Assembly (NCBI GenBank): GCA_023231475.1
Contig: JALJEE010002988.1
Location: 1-40,563, forward strand
Direction: 5' to 3'
Length of the DNA stretch: 40,563 nucleotides
DNA from: Seison nebaliae
Taxonomy: Eukaryota
Part shown: positions 12,715 through 23,094 of the stretch, piece after piece
Numbering within the stretch: position 1 is the stretch's first letter
How the letters are laid out: every line of letters begins with the position of its first letter
The notes under the pieces: model-generated
What the model saw: the letters and a program-made list of their open reading frames with translations, nothing else
What the model was told of the DNA's origin: nothing
Databases searched by the model: none
Made by a program: the position numbers and the translations under genes

Positions 12715-13202
12715 CAATTCTTTCGAATTTACTGACCCATCGATGAGAACAATCGGTGTTTACCTCCATACCAATTCCTAATTTTGGGACTTATTGGTTG
12801 GCCTTATTTGATTTTTTTGTTAATAAAGGTTCTTTTTTCATTTTCTCTCTTGGAAACGACGATGTTGTTAATCTTCGATTCACTGTACTGAGATTGAGAC
12901 CTTAATCAAATTTACTGATGTTTTTTCTACAGGAACTTCCAACATTTTCGACTTCCGTTAGTATTCGATGATCAAGTCTTGAGTTGTGACCTTTTTGTGA
13001 CCCGTCTTCGACATATTTTCCCCATAATTTTCCTTATTTTTCCTATAAGAATATATTACACATTTCGATCAGGCGAGTTTTCAATAATACAATATTATAT
13101 AATATTATATTATTATTACAATATCGTTGATACTCATTCCTTTACCCAAGTAGGCGTCATTTTGGTCTTTTCATAATCATTCAATACATTTGCTTTACCC
13201 AT
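12715..13202 (-). mobile_element. Decayed Tc3/Tc1-like transposase, N-terminal half with internal deletion
   Basis: MGKANVLNDYEK…, SRLDHRILTEVENVGS…STVNRRL…KMKKEPLL and G.W.GG.TPIVLIDGSVNS align with the copy at 14739-15700. Confidence 0.7.
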
Positions 13203-13339
13203 ACCTCCGTATGATTTTAATTAACTGTGTTTTTAAATCTAAATCAAGATTACATCATGTGGACCTAAAATTTATCAATATTTTTGGAATATCAATATCA
13301 TATTGAAAAAAGTTTTGAACAAAATTAAATGTTGAACCG

Positions 13340-13680
13340 TTGGTTTTCTTCCACTGCCTATTCTCTTTTCTCGTTGAATTTTTTCTCTCCTAGACAAAAT
13401 TTCAGTTTCGAATCCTCTCTCTTCTTTTACTACTTATACTAATGCTTTCCACGTTCACTCACTCTTTTCTCATACTGTTCGATATTACCATTTACCACGA
13501 GATATTCCCCTTCCCGTTTTTAAGGACTTGATTTTTTCTTACGATCTTACGATTTTCTCTAATTAATCAAAAAACTCTTATCGACTTGCACCACTTGATC
13601 AATATTGGTGAGGACCGGAATTTTTTAAATATTTTTTCTAATTTATCCCAACGGGAATTTTGATAATAAATAATAATATA
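13340..13680 (+). mobile_element. 3' terminal fragment of a non-LTR retrotransposon
   Basis: Ends TTTATCCCAACGGGAATTTTGATAATAAATAATAATA, homologous to the 3' end of the LINE at 29727-30990; pyrimidine-rich coding-like body. Confidence 0.5.
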
Positions 13681-13942
13681 TATTTTCACAAATGATAATA
13701 TTTTGTTAGTCAAGTACTACCAGTAATATTAGTACTAATTATTAATAACAATTAAAAGTTAATCAATCAAATCTTTACTTCTAATATACTACTAAAAAAA
13801 TTAACAGAGATATAAATTATGCAAACGAATATTTAAACAGTTCAAATATAAAACAGAAATTTACTGTTTGACGAAAGATTATTTTATTCAATAATTATGA
13901 TTTGAAAATTCTAGCAGTTTTATTGATTTAGTTTATATTTTA

Positions 13943-14182
13943 TTACAACCGTTTTAGAATATCCATCCATATTCGGCGATTTCCATATAAATTCGTGCCA
14001 AAAGGTACATAATGACGATTATACGTCTGAAGGGCATAAAAATTATTATTTTCTTGTGCGTTTTCGACTACATCCAAATTTTTCTCCAACCTATTCATGT
14101 ACCTTCTATACCCGTTGTAAGTCCAATAATGGGTAACTACATTGTGAAATAATAAAAAACTAATGAAAAATATAAAATTCAT
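13943..14182 (-). CDS. Putative small secreted peptide (79 aa)
   Basis: Signal-like N-terminus MNFIFFISFLLFHNVVT, Tyr-rich body, C-terminal NRRIWMDILKRL; resembles 5831-6121. Confidence 0.55.
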   Translation of the reverse strand: MNFIFFISFLLFHNVVTHYWTYNGYRRYMNRLEKNLDVVENAQENNNFYALQTYNRHYVPFGTNLYGNRRIWMDILKRL

Positions 14183-14738
14183 TTCGAGAAAATATTATTT
14201 TTTTGAATAATGATAACATGTGGAGTACTCGTTTGTTCGTATAATTTAAAGTAAATAATATTACGATTAAAAATTCTCATTAGAATGAGAGTTTTAACAG
14301 AACTCAAACTCTTTGTTTTATTGTTCGGGTCTAACAGTAAGTCATTCTAGAATTACAGTCTGTATTTTAATTTTTTAAGAAAAATTTTGTTACTAACAAT
14401 GGAACTTTGACTGCGAGGACTAACTACAAAAAAAATTAAAAGTGGAATTATGTAAAGTATTATTTTACAAAACATATTAACCAATCATATTATGCGTGTG
14501 GTGCATAGCGCATAACTTAATTAAGAACTTTTAAGCTATTTATATTTGCGATATGTGTATATGTTTTAAATTTTCTTTTGAATTCTAATGATTGAAGTTC
14601 CTTTGTAAGAGACCTAATAAGATGAATGTTGATAATTGTTGATCAGTTAATGCAACTAAATTCCCTGCTTTGATTCGATATGAATAAATAAATAAACTGG
14701 GTTTCAAAACTTTAGAAATTTATGGAAAAAGCATCTTT

Positions 14739-15700
14739 TTAGCAACAAACTGAACCTTTATTTTTCAAGACATCAGCTATTCGTCGTGGAAATGAATCAA
14801 TTAAATTATCAATAAAGTTTTGTTCGGTTTTATCCCAACAATACGTCACCCTGGTTTTTAATTCTTCCACTGTTTGAAATTGCTTAATTTCAGCATAGAC
14901 ATCCTAATGTCTACATCATAATGTTTCGATTACATTCAAATCCGTACTGCATGCTGGCCATTTCATTACTACTACATCTTGATTATCCATCCAATCTTTA
15001 GTGGCTTTTGAGATATGTGGCCTAGCATTATCTTGTTGAAATATCAATTTGCAGTCCTTGTCCAAAGCTGGACAGACATATTTGAAGAGAATATCCATGT
15101 ATTTCTCTGAATTCATACTTCCTTCAACGAAAACTATTGGTGTACGACCACCAAGCCAAATTCCGGCCCACACCATAATCCCCTTTTTCGACCCGGCAAC
15201 CGATGCGAAGATAATTTCTTTTTCTTTTCTAAAATCCCTCCAATAGTACAGAAAACCATCAGGTCGTCAAGCATCATCATGATTTGTTTTCCATTATAAC
15301 CCTTTTCAATCCATTCAGTTATTGCTTCCGTTCTTTTCGTTTTATGCTGGGAATTAAGTTTGGGTTCCTTTTGCATTTTTTCCGAATGGACCTTTCCTTC
15401 TTTTAATCTCCTACAAATGGTCGATTTACTTGCGTTTGTTTTGCATTTCTCGGCTATAGATCGAGAATTGCTACCCATTTTTCGACCTTCGCGGCAAATT
15501 CGACTGTCTAACCTGGCCGATGTGCACCGATTCCTTCCGGTTTCCTTCATCCTCGTCCCATAATTCTTATCATTTTTAAATGAATAAATAACTTTCTTCG
15601 ACCGATTAATTTTCCTGCCGATATTCTACTGAAACACCTTCGGACAATAAGGCCGTTATCTGTCCTTTTTCGAACTCCGATAATGTTTTTGCTTTCCCTG
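14739..15700 (-). mobile_element. Near full-length, frameshifted Tc3/Tc1-like DD34E transposase
   Basis: GKAKTLSEFEKGQITAL (Tc3-like HTH start), MVWAGIW.GGRTPIVF, FQQDNARPH…WPACSTDLNVIE (34 residues between D and E), C-terminal DSFPRRIADVLKNKG; the region of the first catalytic Asp appears deleted. Confidence 0.88.
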
Positions 15701-15789
15701 TAATAAAATGTGATTAGCGATAGTATGTGATAGTAAAATATAAAAAATAGCGTGGGTCGAAATATATTCCGATTCACGTAAAGGCGACC

Positions 15790-16050
15790 AATTTCTAATT
15801 CGTATATTGCCAATCCATCGACTGATGTCGTCGACTGAGGCTGAATTTGCCGCCAATTTCGAATGTTCCGACATAATGAAGATATTCGGGAGACCTTTTC
15901 ATTTTGAATCTCTTCGATCTTTAGATTGCTGACCAATTTAATCCCTTCATCTTCGGTGTTGACGGCAGAATATTTTAGTTTTTCCAATGTTGTCATTCGC
16001 CTTACTTCTTGTTCGTCGTCGGAATGATTGTGTTCACCTTTTTGATTCAT
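15790..16050 (-). mobile_element. MULE-like fragment (post-FLYWCH HNH region)
   Basis: GEHNHSDDEQEVRR…SSLCRNIRNWRQ resembles the equivalent segments of the other MULE relics in the window. Confidence 0.45.
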
Positions 16051-16303
16051 TATAATGATAATATGATAATATAACTCTATCGAGATAAAGGATACGTTAT
16101 TTCGCAAACATGCGTAGACCACTGCGCTATGCACGCTCAAAATTTACTTTTATTTTAAAAGTTACATTTTTTTAAAACAAGGGGGATAGATTAATTAGTT
16201 GGATATTGGATTGGAATTCTTCTGGTTTACGGGAACTTCGTTCCCTAAAATAGTCATCGAATCGAAATTTGGACAGTTTGTCACCTTGAAAAGAGACATT
16301 TCC

Positions 16304-16490
16304 CCACCCTTTTATACAAATCTGAGCTTCGTTTTCTTAAAAGGGACAGTTCGCCACCCTTTTATACAAATCTGAGCTCCGTTTTCTTAAAAGGGACAGT
16401 TCGCCACCCTCCTTGTGTATTTTCGGCGTTTTCGCCACCTTTTTATACAAATTTGTATGTATTTTTGGCGTTTTCGTCACCTTTATATAC
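16304..16490. repeat. 50-bp tandem repeat (~2.1 copies) plus degenerate TCGCCACC motif repeats
   Basis: CCACCCTTTTATACAAATCTGAGCTYCGTTTTCTTAAAAGGGACAGTTCG repeats at 50-bp period over 16304-16410; further CGCCACC/CGTCACC copies to ~16490; probably transposon subterminal repeats. Confidence 0.85.
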
Positions 16491-16524
16491 AATATACAAC
16501 TATGTAATATAATATACTATACAT

Positions 16525-16717
16525 GCTGCATGACTTTGAGTCGACGATTATTAGCTGTAATAGAACGAAAAGGTGGTTCTACAAACTATTAAATTTCAAT
16601 TAATTAAAATTTTCAGACGTTTTAAGATGAAAAATAAACTGTCCCAACATTTATGCCTAAGTTTTTTTCGTCTATAATGGAAAATCCTATGTCCCAACAT
16701 TTATGCTACCCACTGTA
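16525..16717 (+). mobile_element. Right end of a Tc1-family element (transposase C-terminus, TIR with direct repeats, TA target)
   Basis: SRRLLAVIERKGGSTNY*; 17-bp direct repeat TGTCCCAACATTTATGC at 16640 and 16690; terminus CCCACTG|TA (CAGTG on the reverse strand). Confidence 0.8.
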
Positions 16718-16912
16718 TTATATGTATTAGATGACGGTCATATTATATACATTTGTCACTTTAAGTTAGGCTATTTTTTTAAATGCCTAATATAATAAAT
16801 ATAACAAATCAAAAAAGAAGTTCAGCAGTTTCAAAAATAACGTCAATTTTTGAAGGGAATTTAAAAGAGCAAGAGAAAATCGGACTAATTGAATAAAAAA
16901 TTGTTGGGATCG

Positions 16913-18445
16913 ATGGAGGTAGAAAAAGTAGTTGATTGGACAATGGTGCGTAGAAATTTGCAGAAAGAAGTATCGTGTTGCAATTCAATGATCAAATGTT
17001 TCTGTGCCGTGTTCGGTGTGTTATTTTTGATGTGGTTCGATAATGAAATGACGGAATTGTTTGGGATATTGTATTTGAATCGGTTTATTATCATTCTAAT
17101 TCATATTTATCTCTTCAACGTTCTCTATGCCTTGCTACGCGACTTTCAATTTTTGGAAAATAATCGAATTTATTTGACAGAGGAAGAGATGATGTTTTAT
17201 CGAATTCCTTATTTCACATATTCATTTTCTCTTTATGAACCACAACAAATGAATAGTATCTCCAAATTGAATAGATTAGAATCTAGTGAAGAGATGAAAG
17301 GAAAGGTAAATTGTTTCGAATATTTGATGGATGTGACTGAACATGATATCCGTCCAAAATTGAGGAAACCTCTTCTGGATCGATCGAGTGCACCAACTAT
17401 GAGACGAATGATGATAAAAGAGAAGACTGTCCAACAAATCGGATCACGAATAGAAAAGAAAAACGAACAATTGAGTACATCTTATTTCTTAACTTCCAAT
17501 TATCCTTTGGATGAAAGAGAAGAGAAATTGGAATTATATGATCAACAACGATTAAACATTCGTCAATGGTTATCGAAAACGATATTTCATCCTCTCATTC
17601 GCAATGTAGATTTAATGAATCAACGTTTATCCGAAATGAATCATCCAATTCGAATAGGAGAAGATGATGTGTCAAAATTGAAACAGTTCTTGAATGATTT
17701 GAAATCACAAGGAATTTCTGCCATTAATCCAACTGGCAATTCAACCACAGCTCAAATTGATTGTCATTCATGGACGATGACAACATTGTCAATTATTATA
17801 AATTATTTTGATTTGTCAACATGTCAAAAATATTTGTTGGATCGATATAGAGCCTTATCATCTGGTTCGTCGTTAATTCAATTCTCATTCGATTCTAATG
17901 AAAATGATCATTATCTTCCATCTGATTCCTCCATTATCATGCACTCATTTCTCACTTATATGGATTGCTTGTCGAACAAAACTCAACATTATCATTCCAA
18001 TTCTCCATTTTCCGAACATTATTTCTTGAAATTGAAAGGAAAGAAAAATAACTCACAACAAACACGGAACGAAGGTAAACAAAAGAAATTTCAAATGTCG
18101 TCCTCCTTCTGTTCGGGTGGATGTAATTACCGCTCTTCCTATGACAAGAAAAATCAGTCGATCGATACCAATGTCAATTCAACGAAGGAAATTAATAGCA
18201 AATCGGGAAAATCGGCAACGTTGAAGATAATGGAATTATCATCTTCCAATTACACCATTCAATTAAATGGAAACAATATGATGACAGTACTGAATGATAA
18301 GAACAATGTGTTCGACACTATTATCACGTTCATTTGGATGGTACATACACATTTAGATGATAAGATTTTAAATACATTATCACTTAATTCTGATGGTGTC
18401 AATTTGTTATGTGTATTGACGATGGAAAGAAATGATTTATTTTAA
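16913..18445 (+). CDS. TMEM209: Transmembrane protein 209-like nuclear envelope protein (intronless)
   Basis: Two N-terminal TM segments; NIRQWLSKTIFHPL, QKYLLDRYRALSSG, LPSDSSIIMHSFLTYMD, NNVFDTIITF and LNSDGVNLL match conserved TMEM209 blocks. First ATG at 16913. Confidence 0.82.
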   Translation: MEVEKVVDWTMVRRNLQKEVSCCNSMIKCFCAVFGVLFLMWFDNEMTELFGILYLNRFIIILIHIYLFNVLYALLRDFQFLENNRIYLTEEEMMFYRIPYFTYSFSLYEPQQMNSISKLNRLESSEEMKGKVNCFEYLMDVTEHDIRPKLRKPLLDRSSAPTMRRMMIKEKTVQQIGSRIEKKNEQLSTSYFLTSNYPLDEREEKLELYDQQRLNIRQWLSKTIFHPLIRNVDLMNQRLSEMNHPIRIGEDDVSKLKQFLNDLKSQGISAINPTGNSTTAQIDCHSWTMTTLSIIINYFDLSTCQKYLLDRYRALSSGSSLIQFSFDSNENDHYLPSDSSIIMHSFLTYMDCLSNKTQHYHSNSPFSEHYFLKLKGKKNNSQQTRNEGKQKKFQMSSSFCSGGCNYRSSYDKKNQSIDTNVNSTKEINSKSGKSATLKIMELSSSNYTIQLNGNNMMTVLNDKNNVFDTIITFIWMVHTHLDDKILNTLSLNSDGVNLLCVLTMERNDLF

Positions 18446-19202
18446 TCTACTTTCGAATATCTTCCATAATTCTGATTCATAATTTGGTAGAGTTTTAAAA
18501 GAAAAAATTATTCAAGTTCTCTTTTCATTTATCATATCTTTAAACCGTTTTTCTTTAACTCATGAATATTAATATGTCATTCACTTAAACATTTCATCAA
18601 ACAGTTTCTTATTTTATGAATGTGCATGAGAATAAAATGTAATTAAGTAAGTTTCATTTAATTAAATTTGATCAAGATATTATCGACTATTATCTCAATG
18701 TTTTATGTTCATTTTATTGATGCAAAATTAAAAATTTAAAGTGGTTTTTCAAATAAAATTTTTCTTCTTTTTTAAATTAAATTAACATATAGGTTACTAA
18801 CGATAAAACTATGCAATTTGTTTTTTTAATTTATTGTATAAGTTCGAAAAAATGAAGAACAAATTGAATAATTTTAAAATCTGTAGCTTCTTACCAAATG
18901 TCGAACTTCGTACCAAAGCTTCTTACATGTACGGTCGACATCACGAAAGCGGTAAAATACATAATTTACAACATCTTTTTTAACCAGTAAGATATCAAAA
19001 AGAACTCTTCTCTCGATTTTATTCTCTAAAAAAAACCATCATCTAATTCTCGTGGATTTTATATCTTAATCTTCTTGATCTAGATACGACATAGGGAAAT
19101 AAAGATTAATTGTTATTTTATAATTCTTTAGCTCACAGCTACAGTTGCATGGTATAAATTTTGGTTGAAATAAAGTCGAACAATTTTTCAGTTTAATATC
19201 AA

Positions 19203-19523
19203 ATGGCGAAGAGTATCCGAAGTAAGAGACAGCGGAAGATGAGGGCGAAGAAACGAACAAAAAATGAACCCAAAATTTTGGAGAGTCTCCAACGATTATC
19301 GGACAAACAAAAATTGGAGCAGATTGAACAAAATATGGAGGTGGATAGTTCGATAAATGAGACGAAGGAAGATATCGAATCTTCCGAAATGGAAGTTGAT
19401 ACAAAAAAGAAAACGACGAAGGAAGTTCGTTTTTCCGTTGCCAGTCGAGCCAAACGGAAATTGTTAAAAAAATTGGAGAAGAAAATAAAACGAAAGAAGA
19501 TAAAAGAGAAGAAAAAGCTGTAA
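19203..19523 (+). CDS. LLPH: LLP homolog (learning-associated protein 18 family)
   Basis: Conserved N-terminus MAKSIRSKRQRKMRAKKR; small, highly basic protein. Confidence 0.88.
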   Translation: MAKSIRSKRQRKMRAKKRTKNEPKILESLQRLSDKQKLEQIEQNMEVDSSINETKEDIESSEMEVDTKKKTTKEVRFSVASRAKRKLLKKLEKKIKRKKIKEKKKL

Positions 19524-19584
19524 GAGAAGACATTAATTTTTTCCTATTTTTTATTTCATCTGATTATTTCTCTCATCTCCCCAC

Positions 19585-21273
19585 ATGTCGGAAAGTTTTT
19601 AAGAAATTTCTTTTATCTTCCATTTATTTTCATCAGATACTCTAATAAAAATGAAGAAAAATATGTTGGAATTTCCATTATTCACAATTAATATGAATTA
19701 TGGTTATTTGAAAATTTATTTGAAATTGGGACGTTCATTTTAATTGTCCCAAGGTTCCATTCCATTCCTCCAACCACTTCAGATTGAGAAGTTGATGAAT
19801 TTGACAAGTCCATTACTCTTCTCTTTCGAATATTTGTTAGTTAATAATTCTAATGAATTTTCCTCATTTTTCTTTTTTTATAGATTGGACAATAAGGAAA
19901 CGTTGAAGTTGTATAAACAACAAACAAATAAGAATTTATTAAATTTTTTTGGATTTTCTTCAGTTTTCTTTCTTTGTCTTCTTAAAAATTTATTATGAGA
20001 GAAATAGGAGAGACCATATTTCATTTGTCAACGAAATGTATTTGGAGAAATCGTTGATGGAAAGAATGATATGAAGAACGTTTCGTTGTGGAATAATAAT
20101 GGTAGATCGAAAGTTAATGATGCTGATTATGATAATTTATTAAAAATACTCAAAAACGATATGAAAGAAGATAATTTTATTATCGAATTGTTACATGATG
20201 ATGAATATATTGATAAAAGAAGAAAGAAACGAATGGTAAAAGCGATGAAAAGGAATGAAAATTTCCGTTTGAATTGTTTAAAGAATGAGAAAAATAAAGA
20301 TTCTCTCATTTTTCCATTGATCGGAAATGAGAATATCGAAGAAAGTCGATTGAGATATATGGAGAGTATTTTTGAAGAAACAAAAGATTTCAGTTTAATA
20401 TCTTTTAAAAGAAAATTCTTCTAATTAACTTCTGATTAATTTATCTTCAAGAATTTTATTCAATCTCATCAATCATTTCGAATGAGAAGAAGATATTTGT
20501 AAATGAAAGGAATGAATCAATCCTACCAGAACTGACACGAAAGATGAAGGTTTCAATGTTCAGTATTTCGACTATTAATTAAATTATATGTTAAGATTGT
20601 GATGAATAAGAAAGATAATCATATCTGTTTATTTCAAGGAATTTATAATTTATACGAAATTTTTCAACTCATTGAAAGTGGTGTGGACGTATTCAACTCA
20701 TTATATCCATTCGTTCTTGCTGATCATGGACTTGTTCTCAATTTCTCATCAATTAGTCAAGAAACAAACTTAAGAAAAATAATTAATTTGAATGATGTTA
20801 TTGAATTCCCCAAATTGGAATTTAATCGTCTAACTAAACATTTGTATAATTTCGCGAATGAAAACAGTTCGGGTGAAATTTCAATTTTTTCTAAAAGGTT
20901 TTTAAATCATTATTATGTATCTGATGCTTATCTTTTCTGATCTTAAAGATGTACAGGTAAGAAAGAGAAGATAGACGAGAATTGTCAATGTTATTGTTGC
21001 CGTGAGAGTTTCTCAATCGGTTACATTAATCATCTTCTGATCACTCAGGAAACCTTGGGGAAAACTTTATTAATTTTGTTAGTTTTTTTTATTCGAAGAA
21101 GTGAACGGGATATATTCTATTTGAAAATAATTTTAATCTAAAGACACAATCTTCATGTTTATTCCGAATTCTTCGGAGAGGTTCGACGAATCCGTTCTGA
21201 TGAGAAGAAATGGAATGAAATGAGAGAATATCTTCGAAATTTATATAAATCGAATTGTTTGAGAATAAATTAA
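19585..21273 (+). CDS. QTRT2: Queuine tRNA-ribosyltransferase accessory subunit 2 (9 exons)
   Basis: Eight GTT…AG introns (first 19595-19636, last 21078-21143) give a continuous frame containing GSIPFL, NVSLWNNNGR, LIESGVDVFNSLYPF, the zinc site CQCYCC…GYINHLL…HNLHVYSEFF; stop at 21271-21273. The first micro-exon is inferred. Confidence 0.85.
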
Positions 21274-23094
21274 TTTTGTAATCTCTTTAATACGTCCTCG
21301 AGTACACCCAATTCACCTATAAATATATAATAATATTCATTCAATTATTTATAAAATCAAACTTTTCACATCACGAACGACATTTAAAATTCGTCGATAA
21401 TCATCTAATACTTCAACTGATTGAGTATAAGGATTGTAGCGGACACTAAAATTACGAGGAATGGACGCTGCATATTTCGTCAATTGTTCCTTAATTTTCA
21501 CGAATGATTCCGCCACGAAATATTTGGGTTGATATGTTGTTATCGGATATTCAGTCCGACCACATGATTCTGGATCGAACGGAAGAATTTCCGGTTTATC
21601 AGTGATACAATACTAAACGAATATTAATAAGAAAGGAAATATTTTAATTTAAAATTTTTACTTGCAATTCTCCAAACGATGACAATAAACCAGCACCGAA
21701 CGCTTTCAATTTTCCGTCTTGTTTACATAGACCATATTCGACAGTAAACCAATAACACTTGAAAGAAAGAACATAAGAAAGTTAATTCAAATAAAATCAG
21801 AACTGTAGCTAATTCTTTGATATATTTATCTGGTGCTCCTAATGATGCCAAACCGATCTCTTGGGAGAAAGCAGCGAAATCCGCATCCGCCAACAACGGA
21901 ACGTGTCCCATAAGTTCATGACAAATATCTCTGAAAAAGAAAAAAATATATTTTACGGAGTAAATGAGTATCATATTAACGGTTCTGGTGTATAAAGCGG
22001 TTTTGACGGATGACGAATATATTGAGTTGAATGAAAAACTCGAAATGCTAATCCTGCAAGGAAATCCCTGGAAGAAAGGAGACCAGCTACTGGTCTAATT
22101 CGGAAACCGGTACAATCTTGAAGGAATTCGGAAATATCTTGTAATTGTGGAATGTTATCTTTACGAAATCCACAATTGTCTACTAGAAGAGGGAAAGCAT
22201 GATTGAATTCACGACATGCATGTGTCGGATATAAGGATGTTAAATTCTCGAAGATTGTTCCCCAAGTTTCGATCTCTTTTGTCGTATATTGAACTTTTGG
22301 AATATCTTGTCCATGTTTATAATGGAAAGCAATATCAGCAAAAATTTTCCTTCGAGCACGATACAGACTGTCGGTGAATCCGGGATGGTCAGCATCCAAT
22401 TCAGCACCATAGGATAAAATCTGATTAGCATATTGATCTAAATCTTTAATTTTTCTCGGGAACCATGGAACAAGTTCTATTTTAATTAGAAACATTAAAA
22501 TTTTATGATGATATATTAACCGACATCTTCATCTTCGATATCAGCGTTACTTATTCCATTAAGCAATTTATCATCTTCATTACCACGACTAAGAATATGG
22601 TAATAATTACAATGTTTCTTCAATTCTTCTATAAGAGCTGGTAAATCTACTAGTTGTACTCTCTCGAATTCTACTAAGAATTCATAAGGAGGATTTTTCA
22701 TTTCATCATGGTTATTTTCTCCATTATCTCCATTCGTCACTTTTTCTTCTTCTTTGTCGAGAGAATTAAAACTGGAAAATCGTCGTCTTCCAGGTCGGCT
22801 TTCGATATGTCTTAAATTGATGTGATGTTTCTTTTGATTAACATACATTTTTGAAAGAACATTCTACTGACGATGAAAATAACTTCAAAAATTTTCAGAG
22901 CGAATGCAAGTGCACCTACACTCTCTTTTAATGCGAATATCAATGCAATTGAATCCTTTTTTGCCAAACTGTCTCGGATATATCCAGAAGTTTTCATCTG
23001 AAAAAATCCATCAATATAATGTTCGGTTATAAAAAGATGTAACTGAATTAATTCGAACTAAAGTACGTTCATTCTCCTTACATACTCGATCCAT
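21270..23094 (-). CDS. PAH: Phenylalanine-4-hydroxylase (8 exons)
   Basis: ACT domain ([24 protein letters not shown]), VPWFPRK…[60 protein letters not shown]. Introns at 22998-23043, 22831-22883, 22477-22520, 21931-21980, 21758-21803, 21613-21661, 21317-21362. Confidence 0.95.

Noticed and set aside
16304..16490. Repeats as a possible CRISPR array
   Set aside because: Tandem units without unique spacers, eukaryotic context, no cas genes.
19066..19533. 155-aa and 84-aa minus-strand ORFs
   Set aside because: Antisense to LLPH; hydrophobicity simply reflects the complement of A-rich codons.
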